Positions 18,101 to 26,000 of a stretch of DNA of 36,789 nt are shown piece by piece. The position numbers and the translations under genes are program-made. The stretch spans positions 1 through 36,789 of the forward strand of contig JBGPVE010000002.1 of assembly GCA_041491545.1 (NCBI GenBank). Direction: 5' to 3'. The stretch's first letter is position 1, and every line of letters begins with the position of its first letter. This stretch comes from Gemmatimonadota bacterium (GTDB taxonomy: Bacteria > Gemmatimonadota > Gemmatimonadetes > Gemmatimonadales > GWC2-71-9). The notes under the pieces are model-generated. The model did no database searches and was not told where the DNA came from. It saw only the letters and a program-made list of their open reading frames with translations.

Positions 18101-18263
18101 CGAGCTGACGCGCGAACTCATGAGCGAACTGCACCGGGCCTACGGCCGATCCGGCAACGGTGCCGAGGCGCTGCGCGCGGCGCAGCTTCGGCTGCTGCGA
18201 TCCGCCGACTCCAAGTTGAGCTCACCCGCCGCATGGGCGGCGTTCCGTTACGCGGGCAACTGA
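15138..18263 (+). CDS. TPR-like repeat + CHAT domain (caspase-fold) peptidase with lipoprotein-type signal peptide
   Basis: 1041 aa, GTG start. N-terminus MSSAGSCDRALQIVFLCCTTALLASGCTN (hydrophobic core plus Cys). Long helical-repeat middle, e.g. AIESADRALELEPRDAAARFDLALALERFG. C-terminal CHAT: LPGASAEVEAL, VVHYAGHAVF (His), RLVVLSACET (Cys), GAQGVVGSLWRVDD. Confidence 0.88.
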   Translation: MSSAGSCDRALQIVFLCCTTALLASGCTNRFAPARYGRADLLAELGRLAPMRAIEPRLSLPAPYQPVPSAPQPPSDAVLELAERAAARVRHHADARTLHAAALVDLLWAGTDGIPLDRSISYLRTVSRLEDRSAAALTDLAAALIVRAERKRSPRDLLEAIESADRALELEPRDAAARFDLALALERFGIDAEAERAWKMFLEIDSTSGWATEAKRHRRPPAEAAEPPPMPAPTASLTGVLAYADAAPEQAMLFGWDHLLDEWGSAVAAGDMARADRSRRLAAAVGAELERQHHDATLADAVRAAVLTAGHASTERALARAHRDYAAGRAAHRGGTYAAAGRWFDRVIANPSASPPLVAWARFGRASTLVYQGRPDAADAALRQVLAYANALRDPSLAARAHWVLATTLLRRGRHQQAIDESERGAELFQRIGEEENLGAVEVIAADAEQYLADPAVEYAAVERALITLRPYRRSVWLHVALYNAGSFAATDGLRRAAVKLADEDVRVATETGERMFVAEARLGRARLLAASERASVAAQDVGTARAIVQALPPSPGRNWFDADLRLAEAATILSDTPVKARAALDSVIAFFRSQHNQIRLLPALVARSRAALDLGDGAGATADLDRSLTILNEQSSSMTRIELRASLLETARSVVDRLVMRRVAAGQSRLALADLERARVSLAPTGARNRARVAPLSSPPRQVAAEYALVGDTLLIWTIVDAAVELSRTTVDRAQLLHTIEQTRTSLELRSEERSTTGQLTSLYDWLVRPIEPRLGQSGATLVLVAAGDLAGVPFAALRDSARGRYLIEDHPLRFVPSLRDAGRAAAKRPSLAERALLVADPEFDRRAFPELRRLPGASAEVEALRAEYPDAVVLSGPAANRVAVEAALQHASVVHYAGHAVFDDERPEQSLLVLASAQGQSDPAAGRITAEEIERLRLGHLRLVVLSACETIRSRSAGSGGFGGLADALLAAGAQGVVGSLWRVDDELTRELMSELHRAYGRSGNGAEALRAAQLRLLRSADSKLSSPAAWAAFRYAGN

Positions 18264-18287
18264 CCAACAGAGAAGGAGGGTGGAGCG

Positions 18288-19091
18288 ATGGCGTTCAATC
18301 TCGAAATCACGATTACGGGGCTCTGCATGTTCGTGCCGAGGTCAGAGTCGAGGATGGACGTCCTGATGGTCGCTGCCGGCGGGGGGATGGGAGGTTGCAG
18401 GTGCGGATGCATGCAGCGGCACTACGCCCGGGTATTCTACGATGCCGCATACAACAGCGATGATCCAAACGCTCTGCCGGGCGAATGTGTCGGCATCGCG
18501 CTCGAGGACAGACTGCTCGACTTGACCCAGCTCGGCGGCAATGGCGAAACGGTCAAGCCGCTTCGCAATCTCGTGGATGTCGGTGCCATCGTTGGGAAGT
18601 CGGTCTCGTCCGACCTGAACGCGATCCCCAGCCTGGCTGCGTGCGTGGCGCTCCCGCCCGGCTTTGTCGCATACAGCCTGCCGTACGGGCCGTGGGAGCT
18701 ATACGCACCGGGGGCCGGCGTAAACACGCTGCTACTGCCCTACTACGTGGTTTGGACGATAGAGGGGATTGACGACACCGAACTCCGCTGGGAACTCCGC
18801 GGGCTGGGTGGGCTTCCCGATCAGCCGCTTGCGCCGCTCTACCCAAAGCGAGGCCAGGCCGGCAACGCGATCAAACTGACCGCTTGCAACGTCACCAAGA
18901 GCCACGCCAACTGTAACGTAGTTGGCGATCCCGGATCACCGCCGCCGCCGAACTACCCGATGGACCATTTCGAGGCCTTCTATGACCTCTATGACTGGGA
19001 CGGGTTTCGGCCGGTGCCCATATATGCGCCGAAGCAATCGGGTGCGAGCAAGAGCACAGCCTACACCTGCGTGCCGTCGGGCGGTCACTAG
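18288..19091 (+). CDS. Hypothetical protein (267 aa), no family recognised
   Basis: Starts 24 nt after the CHAT stop, behind GAAGGAGGG. High third-position G+C. Predicted mostly beta (alternating hydrophobic segments). Cys/Gly cluster GGGMGGCRCGCMQRH near the N-terminus. No signal peptide or TM segment seen. Confidence 0.7.
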   Translation: MAFNLEITITGLCMFVPRSESRMDVLMVAAGGGMGGCRCGCMQRHYARVFYDAAYNSDDPNALPGECVGIALEDRLLDLTQLGGNGETVKPLRNLVDVGAIVGKSVSSDLNAIPSLAACVALPPGFVAYSLPYGPWELYAPGAGVNTLLLPYYVVWTIEGIDDTELRWELRGLGGLPDQPLAPLYPKRGQAGNAIKLTACNVTKSHANCNVVGDPGSPPPPNYPMDHFEAFYDLYDWDGFRPVPIYAPKQSGASKSTAYTCVPSGGH

Positions 19092-19106
19092 CAAACCCGC
19101 GCGCCG

Positions 19107-19985
19107 CTAGCTGCCGAGCGCCTTGACCAGCGCAGTCAACGCGTTTTCCAGCCCGTCCCAATCCGGCGGGCCACCGGCAGGCAAGAGCGACTCGAGACGC
19201 TGAAGCTCGGCGGCAGCGGATCCAGGCAACGTGGGCAGGCGCACGGCCTGCTCCACGGCCAATCTGCTGTCGCGCGCGCGGAAGAATTCCAGATCGTGTC
19301 GGGCGGCCGCGATGCGAGCGGACTCCGCCCAGGCGGCGAATCCGACGAGCGCCGGCGCGGGCGAGGCGGCGCCAGCCCTCCAGGCGTATGCCAGCAGCGG
19401 CTCCACTGCCCGCGGCGGAACGTCAGGACGGACCTCGCCGCGGAGCTGGCCGGCAAGGGGCGTGAGCCCGAATCTCTCCACGAGCGACGCGACGTCCGCG
19501 GCGATACCGCCAGCCGCGCTGTCGCCCGCGGCGATGGCGAGATCCAAATCCACCAGCCGGGCGCCCAAGCGAGCGGACGCCGCGGGATCGGAGAGCGGCT
19601 CGGCTCCGCCCCGAACGCTGCTCCACGGGCGACCTTCCCACCCCGCCGGCAGACCGTCGGCCCGAGCCGCGAGAAGCGCCACGAACCGGCGCGGATCGGC
19701 CGAAGCCGGCGCCGGCGGCCGCGCTAGTCTCCAGAGCAATGGGGCGAGCGCAATACCCGCGAGTGTCGCGGCGATCGCGAGCCATTGCTTGGCCGGCCAA
19801 CGCCGTGGCGCCGCCGAGCCACCTTCTAGCTCACCGAGCGCGGCAACCGCGTCGAAGTAGGCCTCCGATGCCTCTTCCTCTTCCGACGAGGCGAGCCGCG
19901 CCAGCAGCTCCGCCCGCTCGTGCTGATCGAGCTTTCCATCGAGCAGCGCGGCGAGCCGTTCCGCGTCCAGCGCGGGTTCAGTCAT
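19107..19985 (-). CDS. Putative anti-sigma factor (single-pass membrane protein)
   Basis: 292 aa, immediately downstream of the ECF sigma gene. N-terminus LDAERLAALLDGKLDQHERAELLARL resembles anti-sigma N-domains but lacks the HxxxCxxC zinc motif. One TM segment (WLAIAATLAGIALAPLLW), then an Ala-rich helical extracytoplasmic domain of about 200 aa. Confidence 0.6.
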   Translation of the reverse strand: MTEPALDAERLAALLDGKLDQHERAELLARLASSEEEEASEAYFDAVAALGELEGGSAAPRRWPAKQWLAIAATLAGIALAPLLWRLARPPAPASADPRRFVALLAARADGLPAGWEGRPWSSVRGGAEPLSDPAASARLGARLVDLDLAIAAGDSAAGGIAADVASLVERFGLTPLAGQLRGEVRPDVPPRAVEPLLAYAWRAGAASPAPALVGFAAWAESARIAAARHDLEFFRARDSRLAVEQAVRLPTLPGSAAAELQRLESLLPAGGPPDWDGLENALTALVKALGS

Positions 19986-20003
19986 GGTCGTGGCCCTCGA
20001 CTG

Positions 20004-20022
20004 CCGTCAAGTCATTTGACGG
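20004..20022 (-). other. Intercistronic hairpin between the sigma and anti-sigma genes
   Basis: CCGTCAA-GTCAT-TTGACGG, a 7-bp stem with a 5-nt loop, within the 69-nt gap between the sigma stop (20055) and the anti-sigma start (19985). Confidence 0.4.
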
Positions 20023-20054
20023 ACAGCGATCCCAAGATTCCCTAGACCCGCCCG

Positions 20055-20825
20055 TCATGGTGTCCATTCGCTGAGCAACTCCCGCGCGTCCTCGCGCGAC
20101 ACGCCGGAGTCCGCAAGATAGCCGCGCACCTCCGCCAGAGCGCGATCCATTCGCCGATACAGGGGCTTTTGCGGAACGCCCAGCCCGCGCGCGATGTCGG
20201 CCACACTCATGCCTTCCCAAAAGCGCATCCGCAACATGAGCTGGTCCTCCGGCGCCAGGCGTTGAAGCACGCCGCCGATCGCCTTCTTCTCCGCTTCGGT
20301 CTCGTCGGCGATCACGAGGTCGTCCGCCCGATCCGTGGCCGGACTGTCGGACAGCGGCTCCGCTTCCACGCGGGTGGGCCGCACGGACAGGCGGGCCGGC
20401 AGCTCGGTCAGAAGCTTCCCGAGCTCGCGATCGGACAACTCCGCCTGCCCCGAGGTTCGGAGCAGCTCCCCAGCCTGTTCCAGCTTGAGTCGGTCGCGAT
20501 AGACCAGGGTTTCGAGCCGGACGGCGAGCGCTCCCCGGCGGCGCGCGGCGGCCGAGGGCCGCCATCGGCCCCAGCGCTGGGTGCGGTAATCCCGGTGCAG
20601 CATCGCGATGACGACGGTGAGGTACGTCGTGATGGAGCTCTCGCCCCGGAACTTCCGGAAGACCGCGTAGTCGTCCTCGATGAGCTTGAGCTTGGCCCAG
20701 GAGACGAAGTCGTCGGCGTCGTCGCGGGGGAGGCCGTGGCGGCGGGAGATGGCGGCAGTGACCCGTTCGATCCAGCCTACCTGGCTGAGGAACAGGGCCT
20801 CGAGCTCTCGGCGGTCCGAGATCAT
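20055..20825 (-). CDS. ECF-type sigma-70 family sigma factor with extended region-2/region-4 linker
   Basis: 256 aa. Region 2-like DDADDFVSWAKLKLIEDDYAVFRKFRGESSITTYLTVVIAMLHRDYRTQRWGRW. Region 4 HTH LAPEDQLMLRMRFWEGMSVADIARGLGVPQKPLYRRMDRALAEVR. About 85-90 residues (nt ~20292-20558) lie between them. Confidence 0.8.
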   Translation of the reverse strand: MISDRRELEALFLSQVGWIERVTAAISRRHGLPRDDADDFVSWAKLKLIEDDYAVFRKFRGESSITTYLTVVIAMLHRDYRTQRWGRWRPSAAARRRGALAVRLETLVYRDRLKLEQAGELLRTSGQAELSDRELGKLLTELPARLSVRPTRVEAEPLSDSPATDRADDLVIADETEAEKKAIGGVLQRLAPEDQLMLRMRFWEGMSVADIARGLGVPQKPLYRRMDRALAEVRGYLADSGVSREDARELLSEWTP

Positions 20826-20846
20826 CTAGGGGGCGAGATGAAGGAT

Positions 20847-20862
20847 CGCGTGCGAGCACGCG
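20847..20862. promoter_or_regulatory. Palindrome in the divergent sigma / caspase-operon control region
   Basis: CGCGTGC-GA-GCACGCG (7-bp arms), 22-37 nt upstream of the sigma factor ATG. Candidate operator or 5'-UTR hairpin. Confidence 0.35.
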
Positions 20863-20995
20863 TCACCCGTTGAGATGGATCAGAGTGTCGCAGCCAAGGT
20901 ACAGCCCGCCCGAGGGGTCGGCAACGCGGCGGGAAGGAGAAAATGAGGGCCTGCGTCCATCAATATGGAATAAGCACATCAACGTGGGAGGACAT

Positions 20996-21757
20996 ATGAG
21001 GAAGAGCGTCAAGCCAACCTTGGGAGCGTTCAATCAGGGCGACGTTCCGACCATTGCCTGCTTCAACCGTGCCACGACACCGCTCGGGGTCGACCTCGAC
21101 GCTCTCATCGCCGCCATGCAGGCCTACGTGGACCGGCATGTCGCGCCAGTTTGGGCCACCCCCGCCAAGCTCTTCAAGACCGACGACTTCGTTCCGGGAG
21201 CGTGGGCCGTCGTATTTCTCGACGACGCGGACCAATCGGGGGCGCTGGCGTACCACGACCTGACCCCCGAGGGCTTGCCGCTGTCCAAAGTCTTCGTCCG
21301 GACGACACTCCAAGACGGCGAGCCGGTCAGCCTATCCACCTCGCATGAGCTGGTGGAAATGCTGGTGGACCCGGCGATCAACCTCATGACCACGGGTCCC
21401 GATCCGCTGGCCGTCTATGCGTACGAAAGCGCGGATCCCGTCGAACAATTGGCGTTCGATGTGATCGGGATCGCCATGAGCGATTTCGTGCACCCGGCCT
21501 ATTTCGAGAGCTTCCATGCGCCGGGGTCGGTTCGCTTCGATCACATGGACCAGGTGAAGCAGCCCTTTGAGATCTTGAGCGGTGGGTATCAGATCGTCAT
21601 GAAGGATGGCAAATGGAGCCAGGAGTACGGCTCACCTGCCAAGAAGATGAGCTTCGCCCGGGAGGACCGGCGGGGGCATCGCAGTGAAGCACGTAGTGCC
21701 GCTCGGCTGTACCGGGCTGATCTCGAGGCCATCGCGAGCCTGGCGGGACACGCGTGA
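20996..21757 (+). CDS. Hypothetical protein (253 aa), no family recognised; His/Glu/Asp cluster
   Basis: Internal ATG (MRKSVKPTLGAF...) of ORF 20870..21757, preceded by GGGAGG. No signal peptide or TM segment. Contains ALAYHD and SHELVEMLVDP (nt 21344-21370). This is an HExxE-type string, not the canonical HExxH. Confidence 0.7.
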   Translation: MRKSVKPTLGAFNQGDVPTIACFNRATTPLGVDLDALIAAMQAYVDRHVAPVWATPAKLFKTDDFVPGAWAVVFLDDADQSGALAYHDLTPEGLPLSKVFVRTTLQDGEPVSLSTSHELVEMLVDPAINLMTTGPDPLAVYAYESADPVEQLAFDVIGIAMSDFVHPAYFESFHAPGSVRFDHMDQVKQPFEILSGGYQIVMKDGKWSQEYGSPAKKMSFAREDRRGHRSEARSAARLYRADLEAIASLAGHA

Positions 21758-21813
21758 CCCGTCTCGCAGCGCTTCTCGGTCGACCCGACACAGCTAGGTG
21801 AAGGGATTGCGCA

Positions 21814-22089
21814 ATGGCGCCTCCAGTCCAACCAAACGGCAACCGGATCCTGCCCCTCCTCGCGGGGTTCGTCGGCGGGTTCTCTCCTCCGCTGGTGCTC
21901 AACTATCTCCCCCTCGCGGTCGGGGCGGACGCCCGCCATCTGGGCATCCAGCCTGCGGCTCCGCAACGCAGTGCCACCGTCATCAACGTGAAGAGCTGCG
22001 ACAGAGCGCCGAGCGGGGAGAATTCCTACTTGGTGTTGACCATGACCTCAGCGGACGGCGCGCCGCCGGGAACCCAGTTCTACGGTTGA
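21814..22089 (+). CDS. Small hypothetical protein (91 aa), hydrophobic N-terminal segment
   Basis: G/C-ending codons dominate in this frame, whereas the overlapping 21798..22106 frame is Arg-rich shadow. ILPLLAGFVGGFSPPLVLNYLPLAV could be a TM or signal segment. Lies between two same-strand genes. Confidence 0.5.
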   Translation: MAPPVQPNGNRILPLLAGFVGGFSPPLVLNYLPLAVGADARHLGIQPAAPQRSATVINVKSCDRAPSGENSYLVLTMTSADGAPPGTQFYG

Positions 22090-22144
22090 ATTCGTTCCGC
22101 AGCTAGAGGTGCTGAAAACATACCGTTAGATCCGGAGGTGTACG

Positions 22145-22996
22145 ATGCAGCGCGCCCTATTAGTCGGCATCAACCAGTACCCCGACCCAGCCAATCGCTT
22201 GCACGGCTGCGTCAACGACGTTCAGGACATGGCGAAATTCCTGACCGCGTCGTGCGGCTTCGACTCGGCGGACATCAGGCTCCTGTGCGACAAGCGGGCC
22301 ACGCGGGAGGCGATCATGGCGCACGTGGGCTGGCTGCTCAACGGAGCCGCGGCCGCCGATCACCTGGTCTTCCACTACAGCGGCCACGGCGCGCAGATGG
22401 CCGATCGCAATCCTCAGGGCGCCGTCCACGCCGTGCACGACGCAATCTGCCCGTACGATTTCGACTGGACCGACCAGCACGCTGTGCGGGACGTCGACTT
22501 CGGGTTTGCATTCGACACTGTGCCGGAGGGAGTGCACTTCGTCTGGGTGGCCGACTCGTGCTTTTCGGGCGGCCTCGCGAAAGCGTTTGGCGAGCCCAAG
22601 ACCGACCGGTGCCCCAAGCGGATGCGGCCTCCGGCCGATCTGGAGTGGCGCCTACAGACCGCCCTGTCGAGCAAGCGGTACCGGCCGCGGGTCTCGACGA
22701 TGAAAGACGTCGCGGGTCTGCTGAGATTGGCGCTGATCGCCGGGTGCACGGCGCAAGAAGAATCGAGCGACGCGTTGATCGACGGGCGGTACAACGGCGC
22801 GCTGACCTACTTCCTGCTTCAGGAGCTGAGGGCCAAGGCGGGGCTCACCGAGCCGCTGTCGGCATGTGTCCAGCACGTGGCGAAGGCGGTGCACGAGGGT
22901 GGGTACGATCAGACGCCGGAGCTGCATGGATTGCCGGCGCTGTTCAGCGGAACCTTCGCGGCGTCGGCGCCAGCAGTGCGGCTGGCTGCCAGCTAG
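22145..22996 (+). CDS. Caspase family (peptidase C14) protein, stand-alone orthocaspase/metacaspase-like
   Basis: 283 aa, GGAGG 6 nt upstream. ALLVGINQYPDPANRLHGCVNDV, catalytic His in LVFHYSGHGAQ, catalytic Cys in VWVADSCFSGG, p10-like LIAGCTAQEESSDALIDGRYNGALTYFLLQEL. Confidence 0.88.
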   Translation: MQRALLVGINQYPDPANRLHGCVNDVQDMAKFLTASCGFDSADIRLLCDKRATREAIMAHVGWLLNGAAAADHLVFHYSGHGAQMADRNPQGAVHAVHDAICPYDFDWTDQHAVRDVDFGFAFDTVPEGVHFVWVADSCFSGGLAKAFGEPKTDRCPKRMRPPADLEWRLQTALSSKRYRPRVSTMKDVAGLLRLALIAGCTAQEESSDALIDGRYNGALTYFLLQELRAKAGLTEPLSACVQHVAKAVHEGGYDQTPELHGLPALFSGTFAASAPAVRLAAS

Positions 22997-23071
22997 GACG
23001 GCGAGCAGGCTCTCGCACCACCCGGGCGTGGCTCCGTAGCAACGAGGCAAATCGAGCGAGGAGAACGGACG

Positions 23072-26000
23072 ATGCCGGCCAAGAGGAGAAAGTCGCCCAT
23101 GCGGTACTCGAGAAAGGCGCTGCCGCCGCCAGACGATCCGCTGAAACGCCATGAGGAGCTGGCCATCGACCGGTTCAGCAACACCGGCGATCAACTCCGG
23201 GCCACCACCCGGACGGCCGCGGCTCGAGCGAGGCGAAGCGCGAAGGGCAGGGCCAAGGAGGAGGACGGCAGGGTCAAGCGACTTGCCGAGCTCCGCCTGG
23301 CCGCGCTGGTGCAACATCGAGCCAGAATGGCCGCCGAGGCGCAGCCGGCTCGTGCGAGACTCGCGCCGGCGGTGGCCCCGGTCGCGGGGGCGAGCAACTG
23401 GGTGCAGCTGGGGCCAAGCGCCGTCCCCAAGGGGCAGACCTATTCCTCGGCGCGCGTCCTCATCACCGGGCGCGTCACCGCCATCGTCGTCGATCCGGCC
23501 AATACCGCCACGATCTACACCGGCACTGCCCAAGGTGGCGTCTGGAAGACGACGGATGGGGGCCTGACCTGGGCCCCTAAGTCCGACAACGAAGTATCGC
23601 TGGCGGTCGGCGCCCTGGCGATGGACCCGAGCAATTCCCTCGCCCTGTACGCGGGCACCGGCGAGGGCAACTTCTCCGGCGACAGCTACTACGGTAACGG
23701 GGTGCTCAAGACGGTGGATGGCGGCAACTCGTGGACGACGCTGGCTCAGGCGACGTTCATGGGCACGCGCTTCAGCCGGCTCGCCGTGACGCCAGGCACT
23801 CCCACGCGGCTCTTCGCCGCGACCGGAAGCGGGCTCTACCGGAGTACCGACGGCGGCGCGAGCTGGACCAAAATGACCGGCGTGCCGGCTTCCTTCGCCA
23901 CGGACGTCGTCGTCGATCCCGCGACGCCCGCCACGGCCTACGCGGCGTTCTGGGGAAACGGGATCTACCGGTGCACCAACGCCGGCGCGGCGACGCCGAC
24001 CTGGACGCCGCTGGCCGGCGGCTTGCCTGTCTCCGGCTTCACCCGGGTCTCGCTCGGCCTCTCGCCGTCCTCGCCGCAGACCGTTTACGCGCTGATCGCG
24101 GGACCATCCTACGTCGTCGATCGTTTCACGCAGACGACGGACGGGGGGAATACCTGGACGGCGATCGCGTTGCCCGGCGGCAACATCGGGGGGCAAGGTT
24201 TCTACAACCTCAACGTCGCGGTCGACCCGACGACGCCGGACATCGTCTACTTGAGCGGAATCTCGCTCTGGAAAGCCACCCGCAATCCGATGACCGGCGT
24301 CTGGACGATCACCGACGTCGGCGGCCCCTTTCACCCCGACAATCACGCCCTCGCCTTCGACCCCGCGAATCACCTGGTGATCTACGCCGGCAGCGACGGC
24401 GGGATCTACCGGTCCACCGACGGCGGCGCGACCTGGTCGGACCGGATCAACCGGGCGCTGTGTATCACCCAGTTCGAGTTCATCGACCAGCACCCGACGA
24501 GCGATGCGGTGGTCTTCGGCGGCACCCAGGATAACGGTACCGAGCAATACCGCAATAGCCCGGTCTTCAATCACGCCGACGATGGGGACGGAGGCTTCTG
24601 CGCGGTCGACGCCACTCAGCCCCGCAACGTGGTCAGCACCTACTACTCCGCGAGCCCCAAGCGCTCCACCGCCGGGGGAAAGTTCGGAACCTGGCTCAGC
24701 GTTAGCAGCGGCATCCAGGGCTCCCCGCTGTTCTACCCGCCGCTCGCCCTCGACGCGACCAACCCGAGCAACATCGCCTTGGGCACCGATCGCATGAACC
24801 TCGACGGCGCGCAGGGCGCCGGCGGGTGGCCCACGCAGGTCGCCCTTCCGGGCGTCTTCGGCAACGTGTCGGCCATCCACTACGTGAACTCGAGCCTGAT
24901 CTACGCGGGGACGACGACCGGGCAGGTCTACCGGCTCACGCTGAGCGGCGCAACCTGGACCGCGACGGCCATCCACGCCGCGCCGCTGCCGGGCCAGTAC
25001 ATCTGGGATGTCGCTGCCCGTCCCGACGACGTCGACACCGTGATCGTGGTGATGTCCACCTTCGGTATCTCCCACGTGTGGCGGGGCACCGTACCGGCGG
25101 GAGGCGGGACCGCCGCCTGGAGCGATATCAGCGGGGCCGGCGGCGGCACGCTGCCGGACATTCCCGCCAATGCGCTGGTCATCGATCCGGCCGCGCCGAA
25201 CACCTACTACATCGCGACCGACATCGCGGTCTACCGGACGACCAACGGCGGGGCCACCTGGACGCAGTTCAGCGAGGGCCTGCCGAACTGCGCCGTGTTC
25301 GACCTGCGGCTGCACGGCCCGTCGCGGCTCCTCCGCGCGGCCACGCATGGACGCGGCATGTGGGAGCGCAGACTCGACGTGGCGTCCATGTCGGCCGTGG
25401 ATCTCTACCTTCGCGATCACCTGATGGACACCGGCCGGACCTCGCCCTCCCTCTCGGGAGTTCCGGCCGCCTTCGAGGACCCGCTGCACTACGTGGCGCT
25501 CGGCGACACGCTCTGGTGGTGGCAGTGCGCCGACATCAAGGTCGATGCCCTCGAGGGGTCGCCGCCGGCGTACCAGTTCCCGGTCTCGAGCGTCGACTAC
25601 GTCACCTTCGAGAGCGAGCTTCAGCACCGCAACGCGCAGCGCGGCCGGGTCAACCGGGTCTACGTCCAGCTCCACAATCGGGGCTTTGCCCCGGGCGCGA
25701 GCGTCACCGCCAAGTTGCTCTACGCCGACGCGTCCGCCGGGCTCCCGCCCCTGCCCGTGGACTTCTGGACCGCCTTCCCCGGCAATTCGACCGATGCGAC
25801 CCACTGGAAGCCCATCGGCACGGCCCAAGTCGTTCCGTCTCTGTCCGCCACCGAGCCGACGGTGGTGGAGTGGGAGTGGAGCACGCCCTCGGACGCGGCC
25901 GACCACTCCTGCCTGCTGGTCGTCGTCGACTGTCCGGCCGACCCGATTCCGGCGGCGAGCAAGGTGTTCGACCTGGGTGTGCTGGTACCGAACGAGAAGC

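Noticed and set aside
15138-18263. CRISPR type III-E style TPR-CHAT (Craspase-like) interpretation
   Set aside because: No cas genes, gRAMP-like effector or repeat array occur anywhere in the window, and this protein carries an export/lipoprotein signal. The architecture is shared but the context is different.
14971-20892. Heptamer TGTCGCA shared by the CHAT upstream region (two copies) and the sigma/caspase divergent region (20886-20892), as a possible common operator
   Set aside because: A 7-mer is expected by chance several times in about 37 kb on two strands, and the flanking bases do not match. This is not enough evidence without a genome-wide count.
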